NCBI RefSeq assembly: GCF_009914755.1
Contig: NC_060945.1
Source of the DNA: the human T2T-CHM13v2.0 reference genome, Homo sapiens
DNA length: 64,000 nucleotides
Strand: one strand, 5' to 3'
Shown: piece after piece, positions 43,700-59,422 of the stretch
How positions within the stretch are numbered: position 1 is the first letter of the stretch
Layout: each line of letters opens with the position of its first letter
Notes under the pieces: generated by a model
Databases searched by the model: none
What the model saw: only the letters and a program-made list of their open reading frames with translations
Told to the model about the DNA's origin: nothing
Position numbers and translations under genes: made by a program

Positions 43700-44745
43700 C
43701 TGCAGACAAAGACATTTATCTTAAAATTCATTTTGTTAAAAAATAAAGAGATCATCCTGTGATCTACCTCTGCAGATGCTCTTTATCATCCTAGTAAAAT
43801 TTCTATGTTCTGGATTATTTTTCCTTTGTAGTTCTCAAATATTTAATTTCTCACTTCAACATCTTCAAACGAATGCATATACTTGAAAAGTAGTAAGGAA
43901 AGAATATTCTGCTAAAGTTTTTATTACTAGTCACTCTAGTATGTATTATACAAAAAGATACTGGAAATAATTCAGTATAGTTAGAAGTTCAAAACTACCT
44001 TTTCAAATCACACAGTCATAATTACTACCTGATTAGAAAAGGTCATTTACAATCAACTAAATTTTTAAAGTTACTATTTATTGACAAGCGTATAAGTTCA
44101 CTAGAAATAAGTTTTCATCTCTATGAAATATTGCAGGTGTCTCTCCAAATGATTTACAGAGTAAGATGTCTCTCACACAAACTATATCTGCAGATTATTG
44201 TCATCTAAAACTAGGCTAAAGAGTCTAACATCTGTTACCCCACACTTTTTCTAATTCTTTCTTAATACTTCCAATTCACCTTCTTATTACATATATTTTA
44301 TATATTTATTAAGCTATTGTTCATTATGTGTAATATATAATTAATGCCCTTAATAAGTGTGTGTATGTTTACACAAGTTATGTTTTCCTGTGAAATCTAG
44401 TCCCAGAAGTGGAGTTGTTGAGTTAAAGGGATGTCAGGTTATTTGAAATTTTGATAAACAGCACTAAGTTACCCTTCAGAAATAATTTACCAATTTCATA
44501 TACCAACAGTGTATGAGAATGCCTTTTTCCTCTCATTTTCAATGGTAGGAATTACTTTTTCAATATCAGCATGACTTTACAAAATATATCTTATTTTATG
44601 TTAATTTGCATTTTTCTGATTACCAGGCAGGGCTAAATATCCCTGGTAAAACTATAAAACTTTTTAATCATAATGAACATTAGTCCAATTTTGAATTAGT
44701 TTATAGCACAATGACAATTATCTGCTGAGAAATACTGCTATAGGT

Positions 44746-45047
<302 letters not shown>

Positions 45048-45066
45048 CTGCTATAGGCTTACTTAC

Positions 45067-45231
45067 CTATCATGCTCTTCCTTCAGTTTCTTGGGAAATT
45101 GCTGAGGATACGTTTTCCCAATCTTTCTTTCTTTGGTTAATCTGTCAGCAGCAGCAGAAGATGTACTATGACATACATTTTTCTGATAGTTGTATTTTTT
45201 CACTTTTGTTTGTATTATTTCCTTCTTTGAC
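45067..45231 (-). pseudogene. ANKRD20A-like exon (VKEGNNTNKSEKIQLSE...) with +1 frameshift giving TAG at 45166-45168
   Basis: ttaaag|gtcaaa...gatag|gtaagt; reads ...cta tca gaa aaa tgt atg tca TAG. Confidence 0.85.
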
Positions 45232-46972
45232 CTTTAATAAAAGTAATATGAATATTAATTATTATTTTATTCAATAAAAAAACTTTTTCCCTGATTTTTT
45301 AACTTGATTCAGGTTAACTATCACCATTTTAATGATAAAAGTATTTTGTGCTTACTTTAATTTTATCATTATACATAATAATTATAAGATACTCATCATT
45401 TTATCATTGAAATTTTTGTCAAGTCTGCTCATTTCTGTTTGAGTGAATGGAAGAATTTTCCAAAATTTCAAAAAGGACTCTTCTCCATTTTTTGCTTTTA
45501 TTCGCATCCACTCTTTGCTATCTGATATAAATGTTTATGCTAGTTGACTGGCAGAAACAGAGAAATAAAAACACACAGGCATAACATATATCTTCTGTCA
45601 TTGCCACATGGATTTTACATGAAGTAGCCAGATTAAGAGGATGTAACCTTGTAGGCCTTCAAGAACAGTAAAGAAGTTTTCCCTTTTCTGCACTGAGCTA
45701 TTCTTTTCCCCACTGCCTTTTATCTCTTTTTTTTTTTTTTGAATCCTGGGATATCAAAAAAGTGAAAGTTCTCCCTGAACTATGGGAACCAATGTTTGTT
45801 TGCCACAACACAAGAAGCAGAGTGAAACTGCTGAGTTTCTAGTGCAGAATTCTGGAAAACGAGATGCTTCCCAGATTTCACATTCAATTACCACAAATGT
45901 TTATAGGTGGAACACATATGGTACAGTTATCTACTTAAGCCATATTATCTACTGAAAACGGGAGTCAAACCAACCAAGACATATGAAATGTTTCATCCAG
46001 AGCTCTTGAGGCGGCATTCCCTAGCATTTCATGGCACCAAATAACATGATACAATTCCATGTTGCTGAATTACATAAATTACCAGATAAATTTATCAAAT
46101 TAGTCAGATATATTAAAAGTCTAACTTGAGCAAAGCAATTTAACACCTCAGAGGGTGGAAAAAGGCCTCATCTACTTTTACTTTGAAAGAAGAAAATCTC
46201 TAGATTTTTGTCTATCTTTAGAACACAGGGTACAGAACTCAACTTTCTACTAAAGAGTCAAAGGTTAAATTTTTAGCTAAGAAATTATGCTTCTTACATG
46301 ATAAAAATCATACATGCCAAAACTTACCATACTTTATTAAACAACATAATGTAAGGTCTGATTCAACAGAAATATTGGAGTGGTGATTTTTTAAAATATG
46401 TGGAAGTATATATTTGTTTTCAAAATATTAGAAATAACCATGATGGAACTATAAATTCAAACAGTTTGAGCTAAGCAGATAAACTTGCATGCATGAAAAC
46501 ACATTAAACAGACTCATTTGGCTGGGAATATTCATTGCAACTCTCAAGGCTAGAAGTGTTTTTGTGACTCATCTCAGTCATTGCTTCCCTCCCATTGTAT
46601 TCCCATTCTATCATTAAATAAATGTAATTCATCTCTAAATGACTATAGTAAAAAGAATCTAGAATCTAAAACTTATTTCTTTAGCAATTTCTTTATGTTG
46701 ATCTGGTTCAGAAGGTCACATGGTATATGGCTGAATTAGTTTCCCAGCTCATATGCCACTTGGAAGACTGAGAGTGAGAATTAGGTTGATTAATGAACAA
46801 ACATTATGAGAACATTCTCCAGAACCGTTGTTTAGATAGCAGGACTAGTCTACTTTGACACATAATTACACATTTAGAAAACCCCGCTGTAACTGTACAC
46901 ATGGGATTTTCTTGAATAGAAAATTTGACTAAATCAAATAATTGATAAAGAGAAAAAAGAAGCAGCAAGTGA

Positions 46973-48080
46973 ACCTCTGTCTTTTTGAAGTTGGACTTTC
47001 TCTTTCTCCAAAGCCAGGAACTCTACTTGTAACATGCCTACCTCATTCTTTTTACTATTATTATACTTTAAATTCTGGTACATGTGCACAATGTGCAGGT
47101 TTGTTACATATGTATACATGTGCTATGTTAGTGACCTTGAAATATCTTGCTGTAAGTTTCTAGCTATATTTTTGATGTTCTCTCACTATGTGGCAAAGAA
47201 TAACCCGGATTTTATAATTCAAGATTCATGGTTTTGTAGTTATTAACACTGGGATTGTCATTCAGTGGCTTCTGGAATAAGCATTGTGTTGGTTTTCTGT
47301 TTTTATAAGTATCTGTAGCAGCAGAAATACTGTGGCTTTCTATCTGAATCATATGCTTCATTTCTTTGGGGTGGGTAAACCACAAATCAAAAAGACTTTC
47401 TGGATCTCTAGACTGAGACCAATGCCTAATGTCTAATTTCCAATTAGTGGTATTTGGGTTTATATATTTTTCCATTTGCATGTCAAACTCTTAATCATCT
47501 TTCATTTCAATCATAATTACTGGGTTCCTTACTTTTTCAGTTTCTATATCATAACAAAAATTTTCATCATCTGTGTTAGAAACAAGCTGTGTGTCTGGTT
47601 TGTTATCATTTTTATAGTCTGATTTATTTTAATTTGAATGAAGCTTAGAAGATGACTGGTAAGTGTATTTCAGGGACCTGGAGTGTGAATGGAATAAAAA
47701 GACATTTGACATGGGCTTCCTCTGTTCAGGCGCTGCCTGGACTGCCACAGAGCTAGACCCTCCAGATACATTTTTCTCCTCACAATCAGGGACATGATTC
47801 ATCAGACTAGAGGGCACTCCTTTTTTGTTCATCCCTCTTTAGAGTTACCATGTAGGAGCTCTTCCTCAGGGCAAGCAGTAATTTTGGAGTTTTCAGAACT
47901 TTTACCAATATTCAGCTTGAACTTGTTTGTAATGAATTTTAAAGAAAGTCATGAATATATAGATTGATTCCCCTTATCACTGTTCTTACCCAGTTCTGAT
48001 TCTTGAGACTTTTTTTGGTGGAGGGCAGGTGCAAAATGGAAAACAAATTTGCTTGTTTTGTTTCTCAGATGTCTTTTCTG
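46973..48080 (-). pseudogene. Decayed large exon homologous to the CCDC144/ANKRD26-type central exon, interrupted by a short L1 fragment
   Basis: Fragments KTSEKQNKQ, ACPEEE, VPDCEEKNVSG, YQSSSKLH, NNYKTMNLEL and KNEVGMLQVEFLALEKEKVQLQKD (ORFs 47629-47832, 47212-47481, 46934-47119) resemble CCDC144A as recalled; several stops and frameshifts. Confidence 0.7.
47052..47133 (-). mobile_element. Very short L1PA 3' tip inserted in the decayed exon
   Basis: ttattatactttaaattctggtacatgtgcacaatgtgcaggtttgttacatatgtatacatgtgc. Confidence 0.88.
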
Positions 48081-49279
48081 TCAGAGTGCATGTTTTAAAA
48101 TTAGCTTTAATCAAGTATAAACAAAGAAATATTAGAAAATAATTAAAATTTAACTGTGAAACTTAATCTATGTGTTGCTACTCTTAAATTATGGGATTGT
48201 AACTAAAAAGTGAAAAATAATTTGCCTTGGCTTAACATAGGACAGAAACATGAACCAGCAAGCTGAACTCTCAGTGTCTGTTTGGACTAAACTTAATGCA
48301 TTTGTGTAAAATCTACCAGAAATGAATTCAAAGATGATAGGTAGTATTATAAAAGCTTCCTCTCTTACAAAGACTTTACCTCAGCATACCAGAAAGAGTG
48401 AGCCCCTACAGTGCATGTTTATTTCTGAAGATTAACTAGAGCACTAGGCAAACACTAAATTATTAAGAGCTAAACTGAACACCAATAAGAAAGAGAAGCA
48501 AAATTTTAAATTCTAATTCAAATGATATACTATGATAGTGTTATGTATCTAGATAGAATTTCTGCTTATATCCGCTTCTAATATATTTTAAGTTCCGGTA
48601 GTGATAGGGTTTGGATTTTTTAAATTTTAGTAATGTTTACTATGTATTTATGTTGAAATAAAGTTATTGTTCACACCCTGACACCAAAGATCCCATTCTG
48701 CAAGGTAGGATTCTCTTAATAGGCAACTGCATTGACTTTTATGACCCCATTCACTCCCTGAACACAGACACAGAAGTCAACTGGTGACCACAAAACAGAA
48801 TAAATCTTTAACCTCGGCACTGGTGACCAGCAATATAAAACTGCAACGTTTGAAGCACTGGCAATGATGACTCCTTTAACACTAGTTTAACTCAGTGGCC
48901 ATTGTTGTTAAACTGTTCATAATTTCTATTCCTCAGTAATATGACCCAATACTTCATGTTACCTTGTGTATTATGAGTAAGGTTATATAAATAAAACAGC
49001 AAGATAATTCTGAAAATTTCTTGCCTCAATTCCAAGGGTAAAGACAGCTATGAGTTACTAGAGATACTAAGAATTACTAGAATAACTAATAGTTACTAGA
49101 GATAGTAAGAATATCTTAAGTTTCATAACTGGTTAAGATGTTTTAAAAATTACATATAAAATTATGATCTATTGGATTCTAAAGGTATAGTCTGAAAGGT
49201 CATGTCATTTGGACTATGCTTTGTTAGTAAAGCAAAAAATAAAACCTAATATTAAACAAGAACTTACATTTTCATATAC

Positions 49280-49350
49280 CTGTGATTGCTTCTTTTCACT
49301 TCTTTCACACCTTTCTTGCTCTTCCTCTAAAGCCACTGGTAAGGTTTGTT
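49280..49350 (-). pseudogene. ANKRD20A-like 71-bp exon (EQTLPVALEEEQERCERSEKKQSQ)
   Basis: caacag|aacaaa...tcacag|gtatat; in frame. Confidence 0.88.
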
Positions 49351-49862
49351 CTGTTGACAAATTCATTGATTTAGTTCAAATGAACTAAGAAGAGTTAAAG
49401 ACTATAATCTTTATAAAAATAAATAGAGAATAACATTTCTTTGTATTTTATATTTTGAGAGTTTGAATGAAACAATGTTTACTGAAATATTTACTTCTGT
49501 AAGAAATACTTCTAATTATCCAAAACTTCAACAAACCACTTGGGGAGACACCAGATATCACCAGATTCAAGCCATGCAAAATCTCAGGGTCACTCACAAA
49601 TTGTTCCACCCAACATAAGTCAACAAAACTGTTAGAAACAAAACAGAAATTTGAAATACAGTCAAAATATACAATGTAATGCTTTACTATACTTCATAAC
49701 AGTATCTTTTTAACAAGACACTAATTGAGTTGGCAGTTACTAATAATTTGCAAAATTATTGTTCTTTATACCTCAATTAGTGTGCACCCCATTTTTTACA
49801 TCACAAATGTTTTCCCCTGCTATTCTGAAAAATTTATTTTCATCTTTTAAGACTCAGAAAGT

Positions 49863-50158
49863 AGGCTGGGCATAATAGCTCACATCTGTAATCCCAGCAC
49901 TTTGGAAGGCCAAAATGGGAGAATTGCTCAAGGCCAAGAGTTTAAGACCAGCCTGGGAACCATAGGTAACCTTGACTCTACAAAAAATTAGACAGGTATG
50001 GTGATATGTTCCTGTTGTCCCCGCTACTCAAGAAGCTTAGATGAGAAGATCCCTCGAGCCCAGGAGTCTGAGGTTTCAGTGAGTCTCAATCATGTCATTG
50101 CACTCCAATCCTGGGTGATAGAGTAAGAACTTGTCTCCAAAAAGAGGAAAAAAAAAAG
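49863..50158 (+). mobile_element. AluJ-like
   Basis: Diverged dimer. Confidence 0.85.
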
Positions 50159-50704
50159 GCTCAGAATGCTTTGTGAAATCTTCCTTGATTCTAGCTATCT
50201 TTCTCCACACACACAGGTGTCTGCTTCGTTGGGGTCCCTTAGTACCTTGTCAATTTTTCTAGTGTCACTTTACCACCTGACCTGCACATCATGTCTTTAC
50301 ATGTTGACCCCTTTGCTGCTAGACTGTAGAGGACAATCTTTTGAATCATCTTTGTATAAACAGTCTTAATTTTGCTAAATAATTACTTATTGAGTTCCTG
50401 CTAAGTGTTAGGCACTGGGGAATAAGGAAGGAAAATAGAAGCTGTCGGGGATGGCTTTCCTAAAGATCATCCATGAGCTGAGACTTAGAGAGTGAGGTTA
50501 GCCAGATTAAGCGAGGCAGAGGGCAGGAAAGGGTGAGCACATGCCAGGCAGCAACAAGAGAAGACAAGAAGCCTCCAAGAGAGTATGTATTTCTCTGCAG
50601 AAGAGGAATGGTGAGGGGGCCATTACCAGCAGCTCGGTAATTCCAGAGAAAAAGGCAGATGGGGAAAGGGATACAGATGGAGATTTGGGCAGAAATCAGT
50701 TTCC

Positions 50705-51001
50705 TTTTCTTTTCTTTTTTGGGACAAGGTTATACTCTGTCTCCCAGACTGGAGGGCAGTGGCATGATCTCAGCTTACTGCAACCCGGCCTCCCAAGTTC
50801 AAGTAATTCTCCTGCCTCAGCCTCCTGAGTAGCTGAGATTACAGGTGCGTGCCACTACCACCTGCTAATTTTTGTATTTTATTAGAGATGGGGTTTCACC
50901 TTGTTGGCCAGGCTGGTCTTGAACTCCTGACCTCAAATGATCCACTTGCCTCAGCCTCCCAAAGTGCTGGGATCACAGACATGAGCCACCGTGCCCTACC
51001 C
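50705..51001 (-). mobile_element. Alu (S-like)
   Basis: Antisense Alu; 'cagaa(a/g)tcagttt' on both flanks. Confidence 0.9.
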
Positions 51002-51469
51002 AGAAGTCAGTTTCTGAAATCCTTATATAAACCTTTAAGATGCTTGGACATTAGGTATTCAGGACCGGTTCACGGATCTATTTGCATTAGGGATAATTCA
51101 CTCTAAATGCTGTGAGGAGCATAAAATTCTGAGGCATATAAATCAATGAACAAAGGTAAAATATAAGGCAATGTTGCAAAGATGATGCAGGCCTGAGGAG
51201 ATGTTTTCAGAAATATTTAGGATATAGGTATCAGTGGCCATTATAAGAATGAATTTCTATTGAATAAATAAATGTATATATCTGGGTCCCTGGAGAAATA
51301 CACTCTGCTCATTACTTTACAAATTTTATCAATCAAATGAGAAGTAAAATAATATACATAAACTCTTTCAGTTACTTGTATTTACTTTACCCTTTTTCTG
51401 TTTCAGTTTTACTGTGCCAAGGAAATGCATTTGGGTTTTGTGGTGGTTGTTGTGGTTGTGGTTGTGGTT

Positions 51470-51762
<293 letters not shown>

Positions 51763-53530
51763 AACATATGGTGATTTTGTTTTAAAAGTTCTGTTTCCTG
51801 GATCTACCAAGCTCATGAGAAAATAGAGCAAACAAGTCATTTGCATAGGTAAGAAACTTTGGATTTATAGCTTGTCCTCACTACTCTAGAAGATTATCAT
51901 CATGTTTTGCAAAGCAAAATGTTAAACACAGACACAAGGGGAAAAAGAAATTAAAACTATAGGGGTGGGTGAAAAAATATTGCATAATTTATTACTGTTG
52001 ACCTCATCATATGACTGATTAAGGGCACTGAATTTAACTTGGATGTGAAGTAGACCTTATATTAGCTGCAGTTAATCAGTAGACCAGGCGTCCTAGCAGA
52101 ATTAAATTTGATGCTCCTGTGTTATCTTTAAATGACACAGCTTTTCTGAAAACCCTTACTCATAGCGCATGATTATCCATTAAGAAAAGGTGATGGAATA
52201 TGTGAATACAGCTGAGGAGACACCACAAGGCAAATGCTCAGTGGTTCCCATTAATATTGGGAAAATCATCACTATAAAACAGAAAGCCATAGACATTATT
52301 TAATATTTGGTTTTGGGAGGTATTTTTAGTGACTCTGCATACAGTTGTACCTAATAATTGTTAAATTAGAGACGTAAAAGTAAAACAAAGGCACATTGTG
52401 TTTGAGTAGGAAATCTATAGACATCTAGCTGGTTTTCCCATCCAGCCACAAAATTCTAAATATAATCATGGTACCTGCACTCAAATTTATGTTAAATACC
52501 AACCTCAATGAAATCACTCTTTCTTCTCATTCTCTTTGTTATTTATATGTTGCTTTCCTTAAGGGAAGAATACAAATGCCTTGCTAAGAACCATTCTGTT
52601 TGGTTGTAGGCTGCATAAGGGGAGTGAACACAAAGTACATTTGACCACAAAATGACTCTTTAAAAGTCAGAACTACGGTAGCATGAAGCCAAACGAGGTA
52701 ATCTACAATAAAATTTTCTATGCTTCTTTTCCTTCTTTGCTCTCTTTCTACTCTAATAACTGCGATTCACACAGGTAATGAAGAGTGTAATTCCTTGATA
52801 GAAACACAGCTCCAAGATTAATCCTTTCTTTAACTATGAAGTTCGCGTGTCCAAAATCTGTGGTAGTTGCTGTCTGATTTTTGATCACTGATGGTGATAC
52901 AGATATTTATCATCAACTCACAACTTCCCAAATCTTTGAAAAGTCTTACTATTGATGGTTCAACTAGTAGAAACATGATGTAAAATATCTGAAAATAAAG
53001 TTTTTATTTATTAGAATGTAAATAATAATACAAATTGTAATAAGGTGTAAAAGTTCTTTCTTCACTGAAGCAGTACCATGTTGTCCTCTACCCCACAAAT
53101 GCACTACTCCCCCGTGGTCTAATGTATTTTAAAAGTCTTGTAATTGCTATTAACTCAGACAAGTTTACTTAACTTGTTCTAAGCTTCTGGTATTTACTAC
53201 AGTTTACTTTCAATCACTCAACCATCTCTGTTATATATGTTGTTTTCCATGAGAAATTTGTTTATTAGTAATTAAGATTCTTCAGGGATAAGAAAATATT
53301 TGAATAACTAAGTTTGTGCATAAACACATTAAGGTCAAATACCCATGACATTATTGTGTGTTTCTGTGTACTAGAGACAAAAACTTCAAAAAAAATTTAA
53401 TGAATATACGTTAAATTAAAAACTGCTTTCATTAAACTGAGATAATCTTCCCTCAATGCATGAATACCTTCAGAATTCACATAGACCAAAGAATTGTATA
53501 AAATATAATAGCCTTAAAAATCTTATTTGT

Positions 53531-53841
53531 AGCTGGCACAGTGGCTCCCACCTGTAATCCCAGCACATTGGCAAGCCGAGGTGGGCAGATCACCTGAGGT
53601 CAGGAGTTCAAGAGCAGCCTGGCCAAACTGGTGAAACCTCATCTCTACTAAAAATAGAAAAATTAGCAGGGTATGGTAGCACGTGCATGTAGTATCAGCT
53701 ACTCGAGGGTCTGAGGCAGGAGAATTGCTTGAACCCGAGAGGCAGAGGTGGTAATGAGCCAAGACTGAGCCACTGCACTCCAGCCTTGGTGATAGAGCAA
53801 GACTCTGCCTCAAAAACACAAACAAACAAACAAACAAAAAA
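53531..53841 (+). mobile_element. Alu (Sx-like) with (CAAA)n tail
   Basis: Dimer. Confidence 0.9.
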
Positions 53842-55324
53842 CCTAATTGTTCCCATATAAGTCTATGTTCATACAAGATCTGAAGAGTACACAACACCGT
53901 GAGACAGGACAGACATATATTTTAAAAGTTATATTCCTGGTTTCTGTAAAAATAAAATAGTTGAATTTAAGCTTTCAAGACAAGTCAACAAAAAGAGCAA
54001 AAAATGCAAAAGTGAAACTCGAAAGGTCATTTCCCCATCAAGGGCTCATGATCACTGGACATTCACAAACTATACTGTTCAAAACATTAGATCTGAATTT
54101 TGATCCGAGTATCCCTTTAGTAGCAGTTTCATTCAAGGATGTCCAAGAGGTAAAATAAGACAATATCATTTGCTATTTTCAGTTTTCTTTTCTGAGAACA
54201 GCCCAGCATTCTTCTTCAGAGAAATGAATTGTCCTAACTTCATAGGCTAAAGGCTCATGAGTCATAGTTCTAAGGACATTAATAAAATATGGTGGTGCAT
54301 GCTTGTATTCTGAACTTTTCAGGTTTAAACTCTCATATAGTAAATGCTAATAGATACAAACCGATTAAAGAAAAGCCCTCTTAATCTGACATTATTTTTC
54401 TTTTTATTTCTTCATTTATCAGCAACAGGAGAGTCTAACTAAATGTGGTAAAGTGGTATGAGGGAATACAATGAACAGCGTAAAATGAATTAAACCAGAG
54501 ATAATCACACCAATGTGGGTACAAGTGGAAAGTATAATACAAAACACACCAAAGAAAGTGGCAGAAAGGTATATAAACTGTATAACCACTCACATACCAT
54601 TTTAGGACACAAAAAATTCTGCATATTATTTCTGAGCATCACAATGTAGTTAAAGATTTCAAAAGGGCATTGAAATGAAAAACAACCAACTTATGATGTT
54701 GGTAGCCTCTATGCAATCATGTTTTAAAAACTTTAACACCAAAAAGGCTCAAAATCACCATTTTAAAAGGCTGTGTCTACCAGTCATAAATGAATCATTA
54801 CTTTCATCATTTGTAGTAGTCAAAGATGCCACAAGCGCACGCATACACACATCTATATATACACCTACACACACAGTCTTACTCATTAGAACATCTGATA
54901 GGCTTCAGATCATCAGTGTAATAACACTAGCAGCAAGCCTCTGAAGTTAAAACAGAAACTGACACTTTAATAAGTAAAGCTTTCCTCTAGGTAAAGATCA
55001 GAACTCCAACTAGCACTTAACTCACTGGAAATATCTTAAGAGTCTCAAAATTCACTGCTTTGAATCCCTGACAAGTATAAAAATTTTATACTGAAAACTT
55101 CATGCTATTCAAAACATTAAAACAGAAACATCTGACCTAAAGCTTACATTTTTAAAATCTTTTTTATGCTTCTAAATTTGTTTTTATTCAAATATGGATA
55201 CCACCAATAACATTTATGTCAAAGCCTTCTGTTCAATATTGAACAAATAGAATTAGGAATAAGAATAATATGAGTACATCCAATCATTGAATGTACTTTA
55301 TTTACAGTATTCCATTAAATGTAC

Positions 55325-55397
55325 CTGCTCTCAATGTCTGTACATTCTTTCTTTGTACTGCTCCTTTCACAGCAGGATCTTCCACTTCAGTGCTAGG
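55325..55397 (-). pseudogene. ANKRD20A-like 73-bp exon (PSTEVEDPAVKGAVQRKNVQTLRA)
   Basis: attcag|cctagc...gagcag|gtacat; 91-bp intron from the 29-bp exon. Confidence 0.88.
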
Positions 55398-55488
55398 CTG
55401 AATGGGTTTTAAAAGAAAACGATTCATAAATCATATATATTTTATACAACATGGAGTTAGTGATTCAAAAATATACATAATTAATTAC

Positions 55489-55517
55489 CTTCAAGGAAGG
55501 ATGTTTTGCAGGAGGCC
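55489..55517 (-). pseudogene. ANKRD20A-like 29-bp exon (GPPAKHPSLK)
   Basis: ttgtag|ggcctcc...ttgaag|gtaatt. Confidence 0.88.
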
Positions 55518-57886
55518 CTACAAAGCAAAGGGGATATGTCATCAATTATATGTAAGTATGACAGGGCCAACCAAACATTCATGCAGTGTTACTGTCGAGC
55601 TGAATTCTCAGGCCTGGCTATAAAAATAATTACTTAAGGTTTTGAGGGTTCTTCTTGGCTTCTTCTTTTCATTGCCTAGGACAGCAACATGACAGAAACA
55701 CAATGAGGAAAATAGGAATATAGGATTCCCAAAATGCACAGTTTACATTTCGGTAGTGAGATTATGTTTCAAATGCCTATACTTAAAATAGAAAAGCATT
55801 GATATAACCGTGAACACGTGGACTGATGAGGAGAAAAGGGACCATTAAACAGAGGGGCAAATCAAACCTGAGAGAATCAATGTCAAAGCTGATGGTGAAT
55901 GTACAGAGTATTTTAACTCCACACACCAGAGGCATTGCTGCCAGCACAGCACAAATAAATTCCCCTTGTCTTGTCACTGAGGAAATACGCAGTTGGGATG
56001 ACAGTTCAGATGAATGTGGGATTCACCTCTCATCAAAGAAAGGGTTCTACATTGATCAGCTAGGATACACACTTATGAAACAACAGCTAATCAAACTACT
56101 CATTTTTCCCATGATCACATGGGCTACTGCAGCACCTACATTTCTCCTATCCCCTCATTTGGCCTTGAATTAGAGCTCCTTGATCCACTCATGCAAGGTG
56201 GTCCATAAAACACATCAAATAAACCATGTCAAATAAGCTTCTGATATCAAAATATTTATCAAAAAAGAGAACATTGAATGACCACAGACTTGCTGGATAT
56301 TAATACATATTTATATTTCAAAATCAGTGCAGTATTTATTGAAAATGATAATTTTGGTTTTCATGGAATGAATTTTATGATTACTTCTAAAATTAACTAA
56401 GTTTGGTATATTATCTTACACTGTAAAGGACTTTTATAAAACAGCTATCATATCAAAGAACTGGCTGTCTCAAAAAAATTTCGCCAAAGCATCTATATGC
56501 AAGTTAATCATATCTTATTCACTCATGTCAGTGAAACTTCTCTCCCTGAGGCCTGACAGTTATCAAGTGAAATGAGCTGCTGTGGTTTACCCCAACTCTA
56601 GCACTCCCTCCTGTCTCCAGTACTCTCCACAGCAATAACCTCTTTTGTGAGACTGGGCATATGCTGAAGCAACTGGAAGTGAGTTGTCTCAAGTTTACTT
56701 GACTTTAACTCCCAAGACCCCAGCAAATGTCCTTCTTTCCTCCTTTTGTGTCCTTTCACCATCCCTCTTCCTTTGAAAAAATGATTATCAGAACTGTCAT
56801 CCTGATGCTTCCCTTCCTAACTGCTTTTTATGGATGATTGTGACCACTTTTTTCATCTGTATTCAGCAGTAGTATACACCTGTAATCTCTCTTTTTTCAT
56901 CTCATTTTCCTTCCCCTGTGGCTAGAATCATGCTCAGAAATAAAAGGAAATTAAAGCTTTCCCTGGATTCTGTTATTTTTTAAATTGCTCTCCAGTGGTT
57001 CTTTTTCCAGATTTCTCTAAAGGAAAGCTATTCCCTTGTTATTCAGAGCTGTGTCCAAGGACCAGCACAAACATCACCTGAGTGCTCATGAGAAATGCAG
57101 ACTCCAATACCTGCTGAGTCAGAATGTGCACTTTCCAGAAGCTCCTCAACGAATTCATGACAATTTGAATGCCCTGTTCCACACTGGTGTGCTTCCATAT
57201 TGGTTTACCCTAACTGGCCTTTTTGGCCTAGCCTCAACTTCTTTCCTATTATGTCCCTGAATTTAATACTACGTTATAAACCATAATGTTTCTAATGAAC
57301 TTTTAATCAGGCAAAGCTTCTCTAATTAATTTCTTCCCAATAAATCACCCAACACTATTCTTTTCATTTTCTATAAAAACAAATTATAGCCATACATGGC
57401 TGACCATTTACGGTGATGTTCATCTATGGTAGATAAAACACAGGTCTGCATGGTAAAGTACCTCAATCCTTAATGCCTCCCCAGTAGCGAGAATGACAGC
57501 AAGAGAAGGAAAATGTTACTGTAATTATATGACACATTTTGGTACTGGAAGCTCACTTTATCTTCCTTCCTATTTCTAACACCCTGTTCTTCCTTCTTCT
57601 ACAGAACAATTTGACTTTACTACCCTCCATTACATACATCCACTCTTTTTTATTTATTCCATGTACACTCTTCCCTCCTCATTCTTTCTTTCTCTTTTAT
57701 TCATTTCCTCTTCCCTCTCTCCTGACTTGCCTCAGGTCTTAGAGTATGTTAAAATGGAACTCATAACTCAGCTCCTTTAGTGGTACTTCCAATAGAATCA
57801 ACTGCTGACCCTTGGTTAGAGACACCACTTATCACCATTTCATTTCTCTTTTACTTATGATACAGTTAATAGGACATTTTCTTTAG

Positions 57887-58228
<342 letters not shown>

Positions 58229-58267
58229 CTCCATCAAATGACTTTTTAAATAAAATACGGTTCTCAC

Positions 58268-58352
58268 CTTTTCCTTTTCCATTGACTATTCTGTTTCCTT
58301 TTTCATGAGAAGGTCCACGTAAAGGCTCTGACACTTTCTCGGGGACACACTG
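58268..58352 (-). pseudogene. ANKRD20A-like exon, 85 bp, intact (QCVPEKVSEPLRGPSHEKGNRIVNGKGK)
   Basis: ccttag|cagtgt...ggaaaag|gtgaga; in frame with the previous exon. Confidence 0.88.
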
Positions 58353-58424
58353 CTAAGGTAATATCAAGAATTAGTTTCCATTTAAAATTATAATGAGTTG
58401 CATCAAGAGTTTCTTATCAATCTC

Positions 58425-59101
<677 letters not shown>

Positions 59102-59422
59102 TCAATGAAATATGAGCTTAAGCCAAGAAAGAAAACGAAAAACATGAAGTATAATAAAGTACATGGGGAAATAGATCTATAACAGAGCCTTCGGTCTTTC
59201 ATAACTCTGATAATACTAATTAATATTTATGCTGCAATTAGTTTTTTGTAAGTACTTCTGTGATAGTGTTTCTTACTATAAGACATTCAATTAGCTAAAT
59301 ATGGTCATCTACCATTACCTGAAAGAACATTATTATAACAGAGAGAGAAAACTGGAACTTTCCATCAACTTTCCACCCAGAAAAAGAATTGGTCACCAGA
59401 ATTCTAAAGAGTAATGTATGGC

